Shown here in pieces: positions 1-8,243 of a stretch of DNA of 32,000 bases (its first letter is position 1; each line of letters opens with the position of its first letter). The stretch is from Candidatus Hermodarchaeota archaeon (lineage in GTDB: Archaea; Asgardarchaeota; Heimdallarchaeia; Hodarchaeales; Hodarchaeaceae): NCBI GenBank assembly GCA_048886185.1, contig JBHLKY010000026.1, forward strand, positions 17,437-49,436. Direction: 5' to 3'. The position numbers were made by a program, and so were the translations under genes. Below the pieces are notes generated by a model. The model saw only the letters and a program-made list of their open reading frames with translations. It did no database searches and was not told the origin of the DNA.

Positions 1-1218
1 TTGGCGGTTATGCATCAGGAGGTGTCCATTTACAATTAATGAATGAACATCGCTTCCATTGGCAGCATAAACAATGTTAGAAATGATACTATGTATAGGT
101 TTAAGATGAGGTGAATGAAAATTAATAATAACAAGATCTGCTTGATTACCTACCTTAATTAATGAATCAGGATGAAAATTTCGCCTGAAAGACCAACAAG
201 TATCTTCAAGTACTTGTTCGGCTGGATAAAGAGCTGGATCCCATCTTGATGCAGAAATTACATTGGCTCCTTCACGCATCTCACGCCATAAATCCAATGT
301 ATTGTTAGAGGCACTACCATCAGTACCAATAGAAACAACTGCTCCTAAGGCTCGTAATTCTGGGATTGGAGTAATTCCTCCATAAGCTAACTTTTGAGCT
401 GAAACAGGGCACCATCCGATAGTCACATGATGCTTTCCAAGAATATTTACTTCCCTTTGGGTAATCCAAGTGCAATGGGCTATTATTTCTTTAATTCCTT
501 CTCTAAAGAATCCAATTTGGGCAAGTCTTTCGACAGGTGGGACTCCATATTTATCCTCAGAATTAAGAACTTCTTTTCGCGTTTCTGATGCATGCAGCAT
601 AAGGGGAATATGATGGTTTTCCGCTAAATCAGCTGCTTTCAGAATAATCTCTTCTGGTACAGTCATCTGACTATGTGGAGCTATTGCTGCATTGAGGAGA
701 GAAGATTCTTTTACAAGAGAAATTACACGCGTAAATTCTGCTAATTGAAATTCATACCCTCCTTGATCAACAAAAGCACTTGGTAGTATCCCTGCGCCTA
801 GCCATCCTCGTAACCCTGCCTGTTCCATTACTTTTCCCACTGAAGTTTCATGAAAATAGAAATCTGCAGCTCCCCCTGTTCCAGCTTTGATCATTTCCAG
901 GCAAGCTAATTCGGTTCCTAATACAATCCATTTTGCGTCAAATTTACCTTCAATTTTCCAGACATCTTGAAGCCAATCTATTAAGGTTTTATTGTCTGAA
1001 TAACCTCTTAATAAAGACATAGGTAGATGAGTGTGGCTATTGATCGGAGGAGGTAAAACAACAAGGGATTTTCCGCTGACAATGAATTCTGGATCGGGCA
1101 TTTGGGCATCTGATGCTATATCACTGATGATATTGTCCTCTATTATGATGTTAGCTCTGATAATTTTACTAGGATCAGGTTCTGGTATAATTGAAACATC
1201 TTTTAGTAATAAGTCCAT
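1..1218 (-). CDS. Amidohydrolase family protein, MTA/SAH deaminase-like (3' end runs off the window)
   Basis: Hand-translated minus-strand frame from ATG at 1218, absent from the ORF track because it lacks a stop inside the window: MDLLLKDVSII...PPINSHTHLPMSLLRG (HxH metal motif), LEMIKAGT, MLHASE, AHCTW, GTDGSASNN, ADLVII...NIVYAANGSDV. Confidence 0.85.
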   Translation of the reverse strand, partial: MDLLLKDVSIIPEPDPSKIIRANIIIEDNIISDIASDAQMPDPEFIVSGKSLVVLPPPINSHTHLPMSLLRGYSDNKTLIDWLQDVWKIEGKFDAKWIVLGTELACLEMIKAGTGGAADFYFHETSVGKVMEQAGLRGWLGAGILPSAFVDQGGYEFQLAEFTRVISLVKESSLLNAAIAPHSQMTVPEEIILKAADLAENHHIPLMLHASETRKEVLNSEDKYGVPPVERLAQIGFFREGIKEIIAHCTWITQREVNILGKHHVTIGWCPVSAQKLAYGGITPIPELRALGAVVSIGTDGSASNNTLDLWREMREGANVISASRWDPALYPAEQVLEDTCWSFRRNFHPDSLIKVGNQADLVIINFHSPHLKPIHSIISNIVYAANGSDVHSLIVNGHLLMHNRQ

Positions 1219-1471
1219 AAAAATTACTCTCTTCAGTCATAAAATATCCTACTCAATCAATGTGATAAGAAGCTTGATATTCTCCTCAATTTTTAGAGTT
1301 ATAGTATCTAAAGCACTGTTCAACTTCATAGATGAGGATTACTTAATGAAAATGTTCAATATTAAAATTTTATCTTACACTCTAAAAAAACAAATTTTTA
1401 AAGCATTACCTTTTACCTATATCTATTATTAAACTTGTATTGAGAATATCAGTAATATTGTCGGTGATATT

Positions 1472-2914
1472 ATGTCAGAGATTGTGTTGCAGGGTAAGCT
1501 TGTGGATTTGAAAACTGCAGTAGAAGAAACAGTAGAAGAGAAATGGCAAACTAAATCGCTAAAAAAACAAATTGAAGCAGCAGGATTAAGAAGAAAAGGG
1601 TTTATGATGCCTTTAGATGCAGTGGATGTTACAGAGAGAGATATTTCGTTAGCTAAGCAATTTATGCCAGAGATGCAGTTATCAGGAATCGAATTGCGAG
1701 GAGAACGTAAATCCAAGGCTTGGGGAGGATCATATTTTAGAATTCTAGAAAGTATTGAGGAAAATGATGAGCGCTGCATTCAGTGGATATATGTTTGGAC
1801 CAAACAACGGTTTTTTATTTCTCTCTGGATGACTGTTCTCCCCTTATTCGCACTTGGTTTAATGGGGACATTAATATACTCTTACCTCTCATTTAAGTCA
1901 GCATTAATTTCTGTAGTTCTTATTGGGGGGATTTTCTTTCTTTTAGGAGCGAGAGAGTTGTATTCGGCAATCAAGGGATTAACAAAAGGTAGATACTACT
2001 TTAGTAATGGCCAGCTTTTCATTATTTTTGGAATCGTCTTTTGGGCGCTTTTGGGTGAGATTTATATTAGTAAAGGTTCTCAAAAACAAGAGCTCATTGA
2101 TGGTGCAGAGTCTTGGCATGAACTCCCAGTAGGTCAAGAAATAGTGGATAATGTTTCAAACACTCTTAATTTGGAGTATATGCTTAAAATATCCTGGATT
2201 AGTGTGCTATTTTTCGTTGCAGCTATAGTGGCATTGGTTCTCTGGAAATGGGAACCTCCTTCATTTACACATGTAACTCATGCTATGGATTGGGCACCTT
2301 TTTTCATTTATATTCGTAAAAAAGATAATAAATGGCAATTAGATAAAGTTAGATATGATCACTTTCATTATTACGCTGAAACATTAACTTATGACAACTT
2401 GAAAAAGCAAAAAGCCATAACAAAGGATCAGAAACCACGATTTGAAATCGCTAATTTTTGGCACAGTTTCCGACCCAATGGAGGATTCAATGATTGGGTT
2501 GCAGTTTTATTTGGTCTTATAATTGTAATAATCTCGGTATTATTAGCAGTGATTTCTTTCACTAGTTTTTCTGATAGAGTTTTATTAACACATGAGGTTG
2601 TTCGTTTTGTTATAGTCCCCTTACTGTTATTTATTGGAGTATACTTGATTTTTGCTAGATGGCCTACAAATGTCGTCAGTAAAAAAATTAAATTATCAGA
2701 TCCAATCTATTATCTGACTGAAAATCGCTTACGAATATTCTGGAATTTGAGAGGAGAAGAACCCGCATTAAAGGTTCGATCAAAACTTCAAGATCCATTC
2801 ATGGACGATGAGGATTTTGGTACATTCCGAGACGATCTTGAACAGATTGTGTTTTACAATTTACTCCCTAAAGTCAGAGAACTTGAACAAAAAGACTTCT
2901 TCCAGAGATTGTAA
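1472..2914 (+). CDS. Multi-pass membrane protein with a putative Vps62/NPP1-like soluble fold
   Basis: 480 aa ORF with about 6 hydrophobic segments. Motifs LAKQFMPEMQL, QWIYVW, HAMDWAP and FWHSF occur in the order typical of Vps62/NPP1-like domains. Confidence 0.55.
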   Translation: MSEIVLQGKLVDLKTAVEETVEEKWQTKSLKKQIEAAGLRRKGFMMPLDAVDVTERDISLAKQFMPEMQLSGIELRGERKSKAWGGSYFRILESIEENDERCIQWIYVWTKQRFFISLWMTVLPLFALGLMGTLIYSYLSFKSALISVVLIGGIFFLLGARELYSAIKGLTKGRYYFSNGQLFIIFGIVFWALLGEIYISKGSQKQELIDGAESWHELPVGQEIVDNVSNTLNLEYMLKISWISVLFFVAAIVALVLWKWEPPSFTHVTHAMDWAPFFIYIRKKDNKWQLDKVRYDHFHYYAETLTYDNLKKQKAITKDQKPRFEIANFWHSFRPNGGFNDWVAVLFGLIIVIISVLLAVISFTSFSDRVLLTHEVVRFVIVPLLLFIGVYLIFARWPTNVVSKKIKLSDPIYYLTENRLRIFWNLRGEEPALKVRSKLQDPFMDDEDFGTFRDDLEQIVFYNLLPKVRELEQKDFFQRL

Positions 2915-2916
2915 GA

Positions 2917-2947
2917 TTCCTTTCTTTCTCCTCTCCTCTCTTTTTCT
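2917..2947 (+). terminator. Pyrimidine/T-rich tract, possible archaeal intrinsic terminator
   Basis: ttcctttctttctcctctcctctctttttct lies directly after the TAA at 2914. Confidence 0.4.
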
Positions 2948-3351
2948 ATTCAGAGCTTAAGTGGTCCTATAGAACCTGATCTGCTAGTCAATAGACTCTT
3001 ACTTTTCATGGCTTCTGATATTTACCATCTTTTGTGCCATTCGTAGATATTCTTCTATTTGCACCTTATGTACTAGTTCTTTCATGGATATTTTGTCTTC
3101 TATAAGGTTTTGGGATGAATCTTATGCACTATTTTCCATGAAGAAAGTTAATGGGTTCATCTTACGGAGAATATTTTCTCCAACGGGTGAAAGTTCAAAA
3201 GTTCTGCTAATTTCTTTTCTTTGTTAATCAATATTAAACTAAACAAAAATTCAAGTTAATTTGATAAATCTCACTAAAATATCTTTAAAGGCCTAATACT
3301 TTATTTAAAGGACTCAAAATACCCACATTCAGATAAATTTTTCAACATTAT

Positions 3352-3357
3352 GGAGGT
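3352..3357 (+). promoter_or_regulatory. Shine-Dalgarno GGAGGT
   Basis: GGAGGT sits 7 nt before the in-frame ATT at 3365, the same spacing seen at 4352-4365. Confidence 0.6.
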
Positions 3358-3364
3358 ATAAGAA

Positions 3365-4258
3365 ATTAAAGACGATTGGACTCATAATTATAAAAATGTA
3401 GGTGAAATAAAAATCCATTATGTCGAGGAGGGTTCTGGAGACTTAATCATCTTACTTCATGGATTTCCTGATTTTTGGTACTCGTGGAGACTACAAATAC
3501 CAGTATTATCAAGAAACTTCAGAGTTGTTGCTCCAGATTTACGTGGGTATAACAAAAGTAGTAAACCTAAAGGTGTGGATAATTATTCAACTTCTGTTCT
3601 TGTCAACGATATCCTTGGTCTTATGGAAGCTTTAGGAGAAGAAAAAGCAGTTATTATAGGTCATGATTGGGGTGGTTTTATAGCGTGGAACCTGGCAATG
3701 AAGTCGCCCGAAAAACTATCCAAGCTTGTTATTATCAATTGTCCTCATCCTATACCACTTTTAGAAGCATTCTGGTCAATGCGATTTCAACAACTACAAA
3801 AAAGTTGGTATGTCTTTTTTTTTCAGATCCCAAGGATTCCTGAAGAAATAGCGAGTAAAGATAATTACGAGGTTCTTCAAAGAATGCTCCTTGGTTCTGT
3901 CAGCTCTAAACAGGTATTCAAAGAAGAAGATATACAAAAATACATCGAGGCATGGTCCCAACCTGGAGCATTAGAGGCGAGTATCAATTACTATCGGGCA
4001 AACTGGAACATCACCCAGATACTTTCCATTAAGAAAGAACATCAAGAAGAACTTATTCAAAGGTTTCCAAAAATAAAATGTCCTACACTGGTAATTTGGG
4101 GGGAAAAAGATGTTGCGTTAGATAGATCGTTAACATATGGTTTGGAAGAACACATAGAGGGATCACATAAGATAGTGTATCACCCTGAATTTGGACATTG
4201 GATTCATGTAGAAACACCTGAATTTGTTAATAATACAATTCTATCGTTCCTCAAATAA
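3365..4258 (+). CDS. Alpha/beta hydrolase, epoxide hydrolase family (probable ATT start)
   Basis: The frame is open upstream of the track's start at 3575 and encodes IHYVEEGSG, LLHGFP, and APDLRGYNKS. Downstream are the GHDWGG nucleophile elbow, lid tyrosines (SWY, NYYRA), EKD and GHW. Confidence 0.9.
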   Translation: MKDDWTHNYKNVGEIKIHYVEEGSGDLIILLHGFPDFWYSWRLQIPVLSRNFRVVAPDLRGYNKSSKPKGVDNYSTSVLVNDILGLMEALGEEKAVIIGHDWGGFIAWNLAMKSPEKLSKLVIINCPHPIPLLEAFWSMRFQQLQKSWYVFFFQIPRIPEEIASKDNYEVLQRMLLGSVSSKQVFKEEDIQKYIEAWSQPGALEASINYYRANWNITQILSIKKEHQEELIQRFPKIKCPTLVIWGEKDVALDRSLTYGLEEHIEGSHKIVYHPEFGHWIHVETPEFVNNTILSFLK

Positions 4259-4351
4259 GACTTGCAGTTTTCTTAAAAAGAAACATGGAGTTCAGACCCT
4301 ATATAACCCATTCTGATAATGATTTAAAGGGCACATTTGCGTTCATTACTT

Positions 4352-4357
4352 GGAGGT
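4352..4357 (+). promoter_or_regulatory. Shine-Dalgarno GGAGGT
   Basis: GGAGGT sits 7 nt before the ATG at 4365, which places the true start there rather than at the TTG at 4350. Confidence 0.7.
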
Positions 4358-4364
4358 TGTTCAG

Positions 4365-5294
4365 ATGAAAAAGTACAGGCAAATAGATGAGAGTGAAATC
4401 TCAAACCAATTCTTAATCAGTGAGAGTACCTCAGAAAATGAGATGAAAATAGTTCAGAAAGGCTTAAAGGATCATAATAAGAAATATCCTGGTGGGGAGT
4501 TAGACATTCCTACCCCAGATGTCAGTTTAGTATTAAAGGATGATAAGGGGAATGTCGTAGGGGGAGTAATAACGAGTATGCTGACTGGAATCATGCATCT
4601 TGAGGTTTTATGGGTGGATGAAAAGTATCGTGGTCGTGGTTATGGTAGAGATCTTGTGTTGCAGGCTGAAAGAATTGGGAAAGAAAAGGGGTACCCAGCA
4701 TCGCAAACGTGGACCTTCTCATTCCAAGCACCTGAGTTTTATCAAAGAATTGGTTACAATATTGTGGGAATCTTTGAAGGTTATACTGATGGAATCATTG
4801 AATATATCCTCCTGAAGAAATTCAGGTCAATTGAAGGGCTGGAGAACAAGGATATTGAACCAAATCGTAATGGATTTACCATTTCTGAAGATAAATCTAA
4901 GGAATCAATGGAGATTCTTCACGAAGGATTACGTAAATATGTCAGAAAACACGTTGGTGAATTAAGAAAGAATTATCCTGGAATAGGAATCAAATTAATT
5001 GGAAAAAATGCAGAGGGTCAAGTTATTGGGGGATTACAAGCTTATACAACACTTAAAGCTGTGCATATTGAGAGTCTCTGGATTGATGGAAAATATCGTA
5101 ACCAAGGTTATGGTAGAGAACTCTTGATGACTGCAGAAAGAATTGCGACAGATAATTACTGCATTTCAGGATTAGTTAATGTTTTATCATTCCAATCCCC
5201 AGAATTCTTTCAGAACCATGGATATAAGATATTCGGGATTTCTGACGGCTACCCTAATGCCATAAAAGAATACTTTCTCATTAAGAAATTCTAG
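4365..5294 (+). CDS. Tandem GNAT family N-acetyltransferase (two domains)
   Basis: Two homologous halves with acetyl-CoA motif A (LWVDEKYRGRGYG and LWIDGKYRNQGYG) and matching SFQAPEFY/SFQSPEFF and LLKKF/LIKKF segments. Confidence 0.9.
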   Translation: MKKYRQIDESEISNQFLISESTSENEMKIVQKGLKDHNKKYPGGELDIPTPDVSLVLKDDKGNVVGGVITSMLTGIMHLEVLWVDEKYRGRGYGRDLVLQAERIGKEKGYPASQTWTFSFQAPEFYQRIGYNIVGIFEGYTDGIIEYILLKKFRSIEGLENKDIEPNRNGFTISEDKSKESMEILHEGLRKYVRKHVGELRKNYPGIGIKLIGKNAEGQVIGGLQAYTTLKAVHIESLWIDGKYRNQGYGRELLMTAERIATDNYCISGLVNVLSFQSPEFFQNHGYKIFGISDGYPNAIKEYFLIKKF

Positions 5295-5525
5295 GCTAGC
5301 AAAGGATCATATTTGGCTTTGTATATGTCCATGGTTTTCAGAGCTTTTTCCATGGATAGAAACCTGCCAATGCCATTTTAAATCCTTTTTTATTGTCACT
5401 TAAATTACTATTTCTCATCCCTTGTACAATTTCTCGAATTTAGGAAGCATTCAATTGTACGATGGTACAAAATAATATAAAAGTACAAAAAATCTTTTCC
5501 CTTTGTTAATTCTTGAGGAATCAAA

Positions 5526-6866
5526 GTGAATTTCTATAAAGAAGAGCTAGCTAATTTCATCCAAGCAAGGCCACAATCGGAAAAATTATGGAAAAGATCC
5601 ATTGAGATTATTCCTGGAGGTGTATCGCATAATATACGAAACCTAGGCCTTCCCTCCATCGGAGCTTTTCCTGTATTCATTAAATCTGGACATGATGCAT
5701 ATTTAATTGATGTTGACGGTTTAAAATACATTGATTTCTGGCAAGGCCATTATTCAATGCTCCTTGGTCACAAACATCCTGTAATCCAGCAATCTATTAA
5801 GGATAAATTAGAAGAAGGCTGGCATTTTGGAACTGTGACTGAGGATCAAGTTAAACTAGCAGAAATCCTTATCAGTGATAATCCGAGCATTGAAGAGGTT
5901 AGGTTTAGTTCTAGTGGCACTGAGTCAACAATGTATGCCACTCGTTTAGCCCGAGCATATACAGGTAAGTCATTTATAGCTAAAGCCAAGATGGGGTGGC
6001 ATGGTTATGCAGATACATTATTATATAATGTTAAGGCACCTTTTCTTGGTAAAGAGGGTAATGGAATTCTTCCAGAGGATCAAGCTGGAATTATGACATT
6101 TGAGATAAATAATGAGGAAACAGAGAAGTTAATCAGAGATAATGCACATGATTTAGCAGCAGTAATAATAGAACCAGTATTAGGTGGTGGAGGAGGCTTT
6201 CCAGTTAACCTTGACTTCTTAAAGATGCTTAGAGAAGTGACAGAGGAGTTGGACATTCTCTTAATCTTAGATGAAATCATTACAGGATATAGATTTTCCT
6301 ATGGGCTATTTCAGAATGAATTGAAAATAATACCAGATATGACCACGATGGGTAAGATCGTTGGTGGGGGATTAGCAATTGGCGTTGTGGGTGGAAGAAA
6401 AGAAATATTAGAACAAGCTAACCCACAATTGAATAATCGTGTTTGGACGGGGGGAGGTACCTTTTCTGCTCATCCTTTGAGTATGGTTGCAGGCTTAAAA
6501 ACCTTAGAAATCTTAAAGAAATCTCCTGATGACTACGATCGTACCAATCAACTTGGGGCAAAATTCCTAAACGAATTGAATAAGTTTTTTATCAGTGAAA
6601 AGCTCTCTTTTATCGCCACAGGGCTAAAATCTTTTATTACCATACATGTCTTATCGAAATACAATGAAAATTTAGACTTTACGAGAATTGTTCATTTAAC
6701 TGATAAAAAGCGCGAAGCTTTATTACAGTTAGCATTATTAAATAGGGAGATTAGTGGAATGCATGGTATTGGTGCTCTTTCTTTTATACATACTTCAGAC
6801 CATATTCGCCATACTCAAGAAGCTCTTGAAAATATTGCTCTCCCTATCTCAAATATGAAATTCTAA
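5526..6866 (+). CDS. Class-III PLP aminotransferase, glutamate-1-semialdehyde aminomutase-like
   Basis: GTG start after a GAGGA SD-like motif. Motifs IPGGVS, YIDF, LLGHKHP, SSGTESTM, IIEPV, LDEIITGYR, PLP lysine in MGKIVGGG, and GTFSAHPLS. Confidence 0.85.
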   Translation: MNFYKEELANFIQARPQSEKLWKRSIEIIPGGVSHNIRNLGLPSIGAFPVFIKSGHDAYLIDVDGLKYIDFWQGHYSMLLGHKHPVIQQSIKDKLEEGWHFGTVTEDQVKLAEILISDNPSIEEVRFSSSGTESTMYATRLARAYTGKSFIAKAKMGWHGYADTLLYNVKAPFLGKEGNGILPEDQAGIMTFEINNEETEKLIRDNAHDLAAVIIEPVLGGGGGFPVNLDFLKMLREVTEELDILLILDEIITGYRFSYGLFQNELKIIPDMTTMGKIVGGGLAIGVVGGRKEILEQANPQLNNRVWTGGGTFSAHPLSMVAGLKTLEILKKSPDDYDRTNQLGAKFLNELNKFFISEKLSFIATGLKSFITIHVLSKYNENLDFTRIVHLTDKKREALLQLALLNREISGMHGIGALSFIHTSDHIRHTQEALENIALPISNMKF

Positions 6867-6882
6867 TGGATTTTTTGAAATA

Positions 6883-7257
6883 TTAAGAGATTTCTAACTT
6901 TTTCACCATTATGGAAATCAATTCTCGTTTAGAAATTAAGCTAATTTGTCTTTTCTTTTTAGCAATATGTCTTGCTCTGTGGGAGAATCCCATAGAGGAG
7001 ATAATTAAAACTTGATTAAGTTCAGGACATACTTTAAGCAGCTCCTCTGCTTTGTGGATTTGGCCAACGCCAACAATTCGCTTCCAATCCCTAACAATAA
7101 CTCCAATATTTTCTGATTTTTCATCTGGCCGTGTTAACACATAAGATAACAGAGAATCAGCTAAAGGATGAGTCAGTAATTGCATAGGGTGGTGTGTGAC
7201 AAAACCTAGTGATTCAAATACTGTTGCGACAAGGTTAACTAAGGGCTTTGTGTACAT
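6883..7257 (-). CDS. Mrr-cat/PD-(D/E)xK restriction-endonuclease-fold protein, paralog B (probably catalytically inactive)
   Basis: Start set at ATG 7257 (MYTKPL) by alignment to the neighbouring paralog. Pattern LVATVFESLGF...GVIVRDWKRIVG...LIISSMGFSHRA...ISLISKREL. Confidence 0.6.
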   Translation of the reverse strand: MYTKPLVNLVATVFESLGFVTHHPMQLLTHPLADSLLSYVLTRPDEKSENIGVIVRDWKRIVGVGQIHKAEELLKVCPELNQVLIISSMGFSHRARHIAKKKRQISLISKRELISIMVKKLEIS

Positions 7258-7540
7258 AATTGAATCCCTGATTATTATATGTTTAAGATAACGATGATAA
7301 TTGTGTTTATAATTTCCCGTAATACCTAAATAAGATAAAACCAGTAGATACTTAAATAAGATAATGTGTACCAATGGAAAAAGTAATTATAACGACCTAA
7401 AACACTAATTTCAGAATCACGCCGACATAATTTATTTCTACATTTTTTAGACAAAAGTCCAAAAAGTTCCTTTAAAATGTGTTGAAAAGGCTGAAATAGG
7501 TTTTCTGTATGGTAGCTGTCTTATAAGAATCTTGAGCTCT

Positions 7541-7924
7541 TTATAAAACTTCAACCCGTTTGTGTAATAAAGAAATTAACTCTCCACGTGAAATCAATCC
7601 AATTCCGACTCTTTTAGCTAAGCGTGTGGCTGAATAAGAGAAACCCATTGAAGAGACAATCAATACACGATCAAGCTTTGGACAAGCGTGTAATAGCTCC
7701 TCAGCTTTATGAATTTGACCAACACCCACAATTCGTTTCCAATCCCTAATTATTACTCCAATGTACTCTGGTTTCGGATTAACACGCTTTAATACGCAAG
7801 ATAAGCGAGAATCCGCAATGGGATGTTTTAATATTTGCATAGGGTGAAGTATAATAAATTCCAACGCGTTAAAAACTGTTGTGACAAGATCGCTCAGTGG
7901 TAGATCGGTGAAGTTATTGGACAT
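7541..7924 (-). CDS. Mrr-cat/PD-(D/E)xK restriction-endonuclease-fold protein, paralog A (probably catalytically inactive)
   Basis: 127 aa, roughly half identical by eye to 6883-7257, with an identical RDWKRIVGVGQIHKAEELL block. Confidence 0.6.
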   Translation of the reverse strand: MSNNFTDLPLSDLVTTVFNALEFIILHPMQILKHPIADSRLSCVLKRVNPKPEYIGVIIRDWKRIVGVGQIHKAEELLHACPKLDRVLIVSSMGFSYSATRLAKRVGIGLISRGELISLLHKRVEVL

Positions 7925-8243
7925 GATTCAATCTCAGTATGATTTTAGAATGAATATAAATATTTACAGATATTTCTATATAGAGAATATAGAAGTGTGA
8001 TTCTACACTTTTCCCACGATATATTCCTAGGATAAGAATCTAAGTACTACAGCCACAATACTAAACCAAAAATGAAGAAAATGATACTGGAATTTGTTAG
8101 ATAAGCCGACTTTAATCTTTTTTTAATGAATACATCCGACAATATTCAGTTTAGATTGAATAATTAGAAAAACAGATTATTATCCTTCGATGAAATCTAA
8201 TTTTTTAAATATTAAAGATTTTCCGAACCATGTGAGAAATTAA

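Noticed and set aside
1031-1779. ORFs 1031-1432 (+) and 1429-1779 (-)
   Set aside because: They are antisense shadows of the amidohydrolase and the membrane protein, with no recognisable motifs.
2998-3232. Fragmented minus-strand reading frames (LINKEKKLAELL..., MNPLTFFMENSA*DSSQ...MKELVHKVQIEEYLR...) as a possible pseudogene
   Set aside because: They need a frameshift and a stop read-through, and resemble no family I know.
3350-4258. Hydrolase as a haloalkane dehalogenase partnered with rdhA
   Set aside because: The lid tyrosines point to an epoxide hydrolase, and the genes are over 20 kb apart.
7258-7374. N-terminal extension of the 163-aa ORF
   Set aside because: It is AT-rich and has no counterpart in the paralog; ATG 7257 aligns with the paralog's start.
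7966-7986. Short palindromes TAAATATTTA and TCTATATAGA
   Set aside because: Pure or near-pure AT 10-mers are expected by chance in AT-rich promoter DNA.
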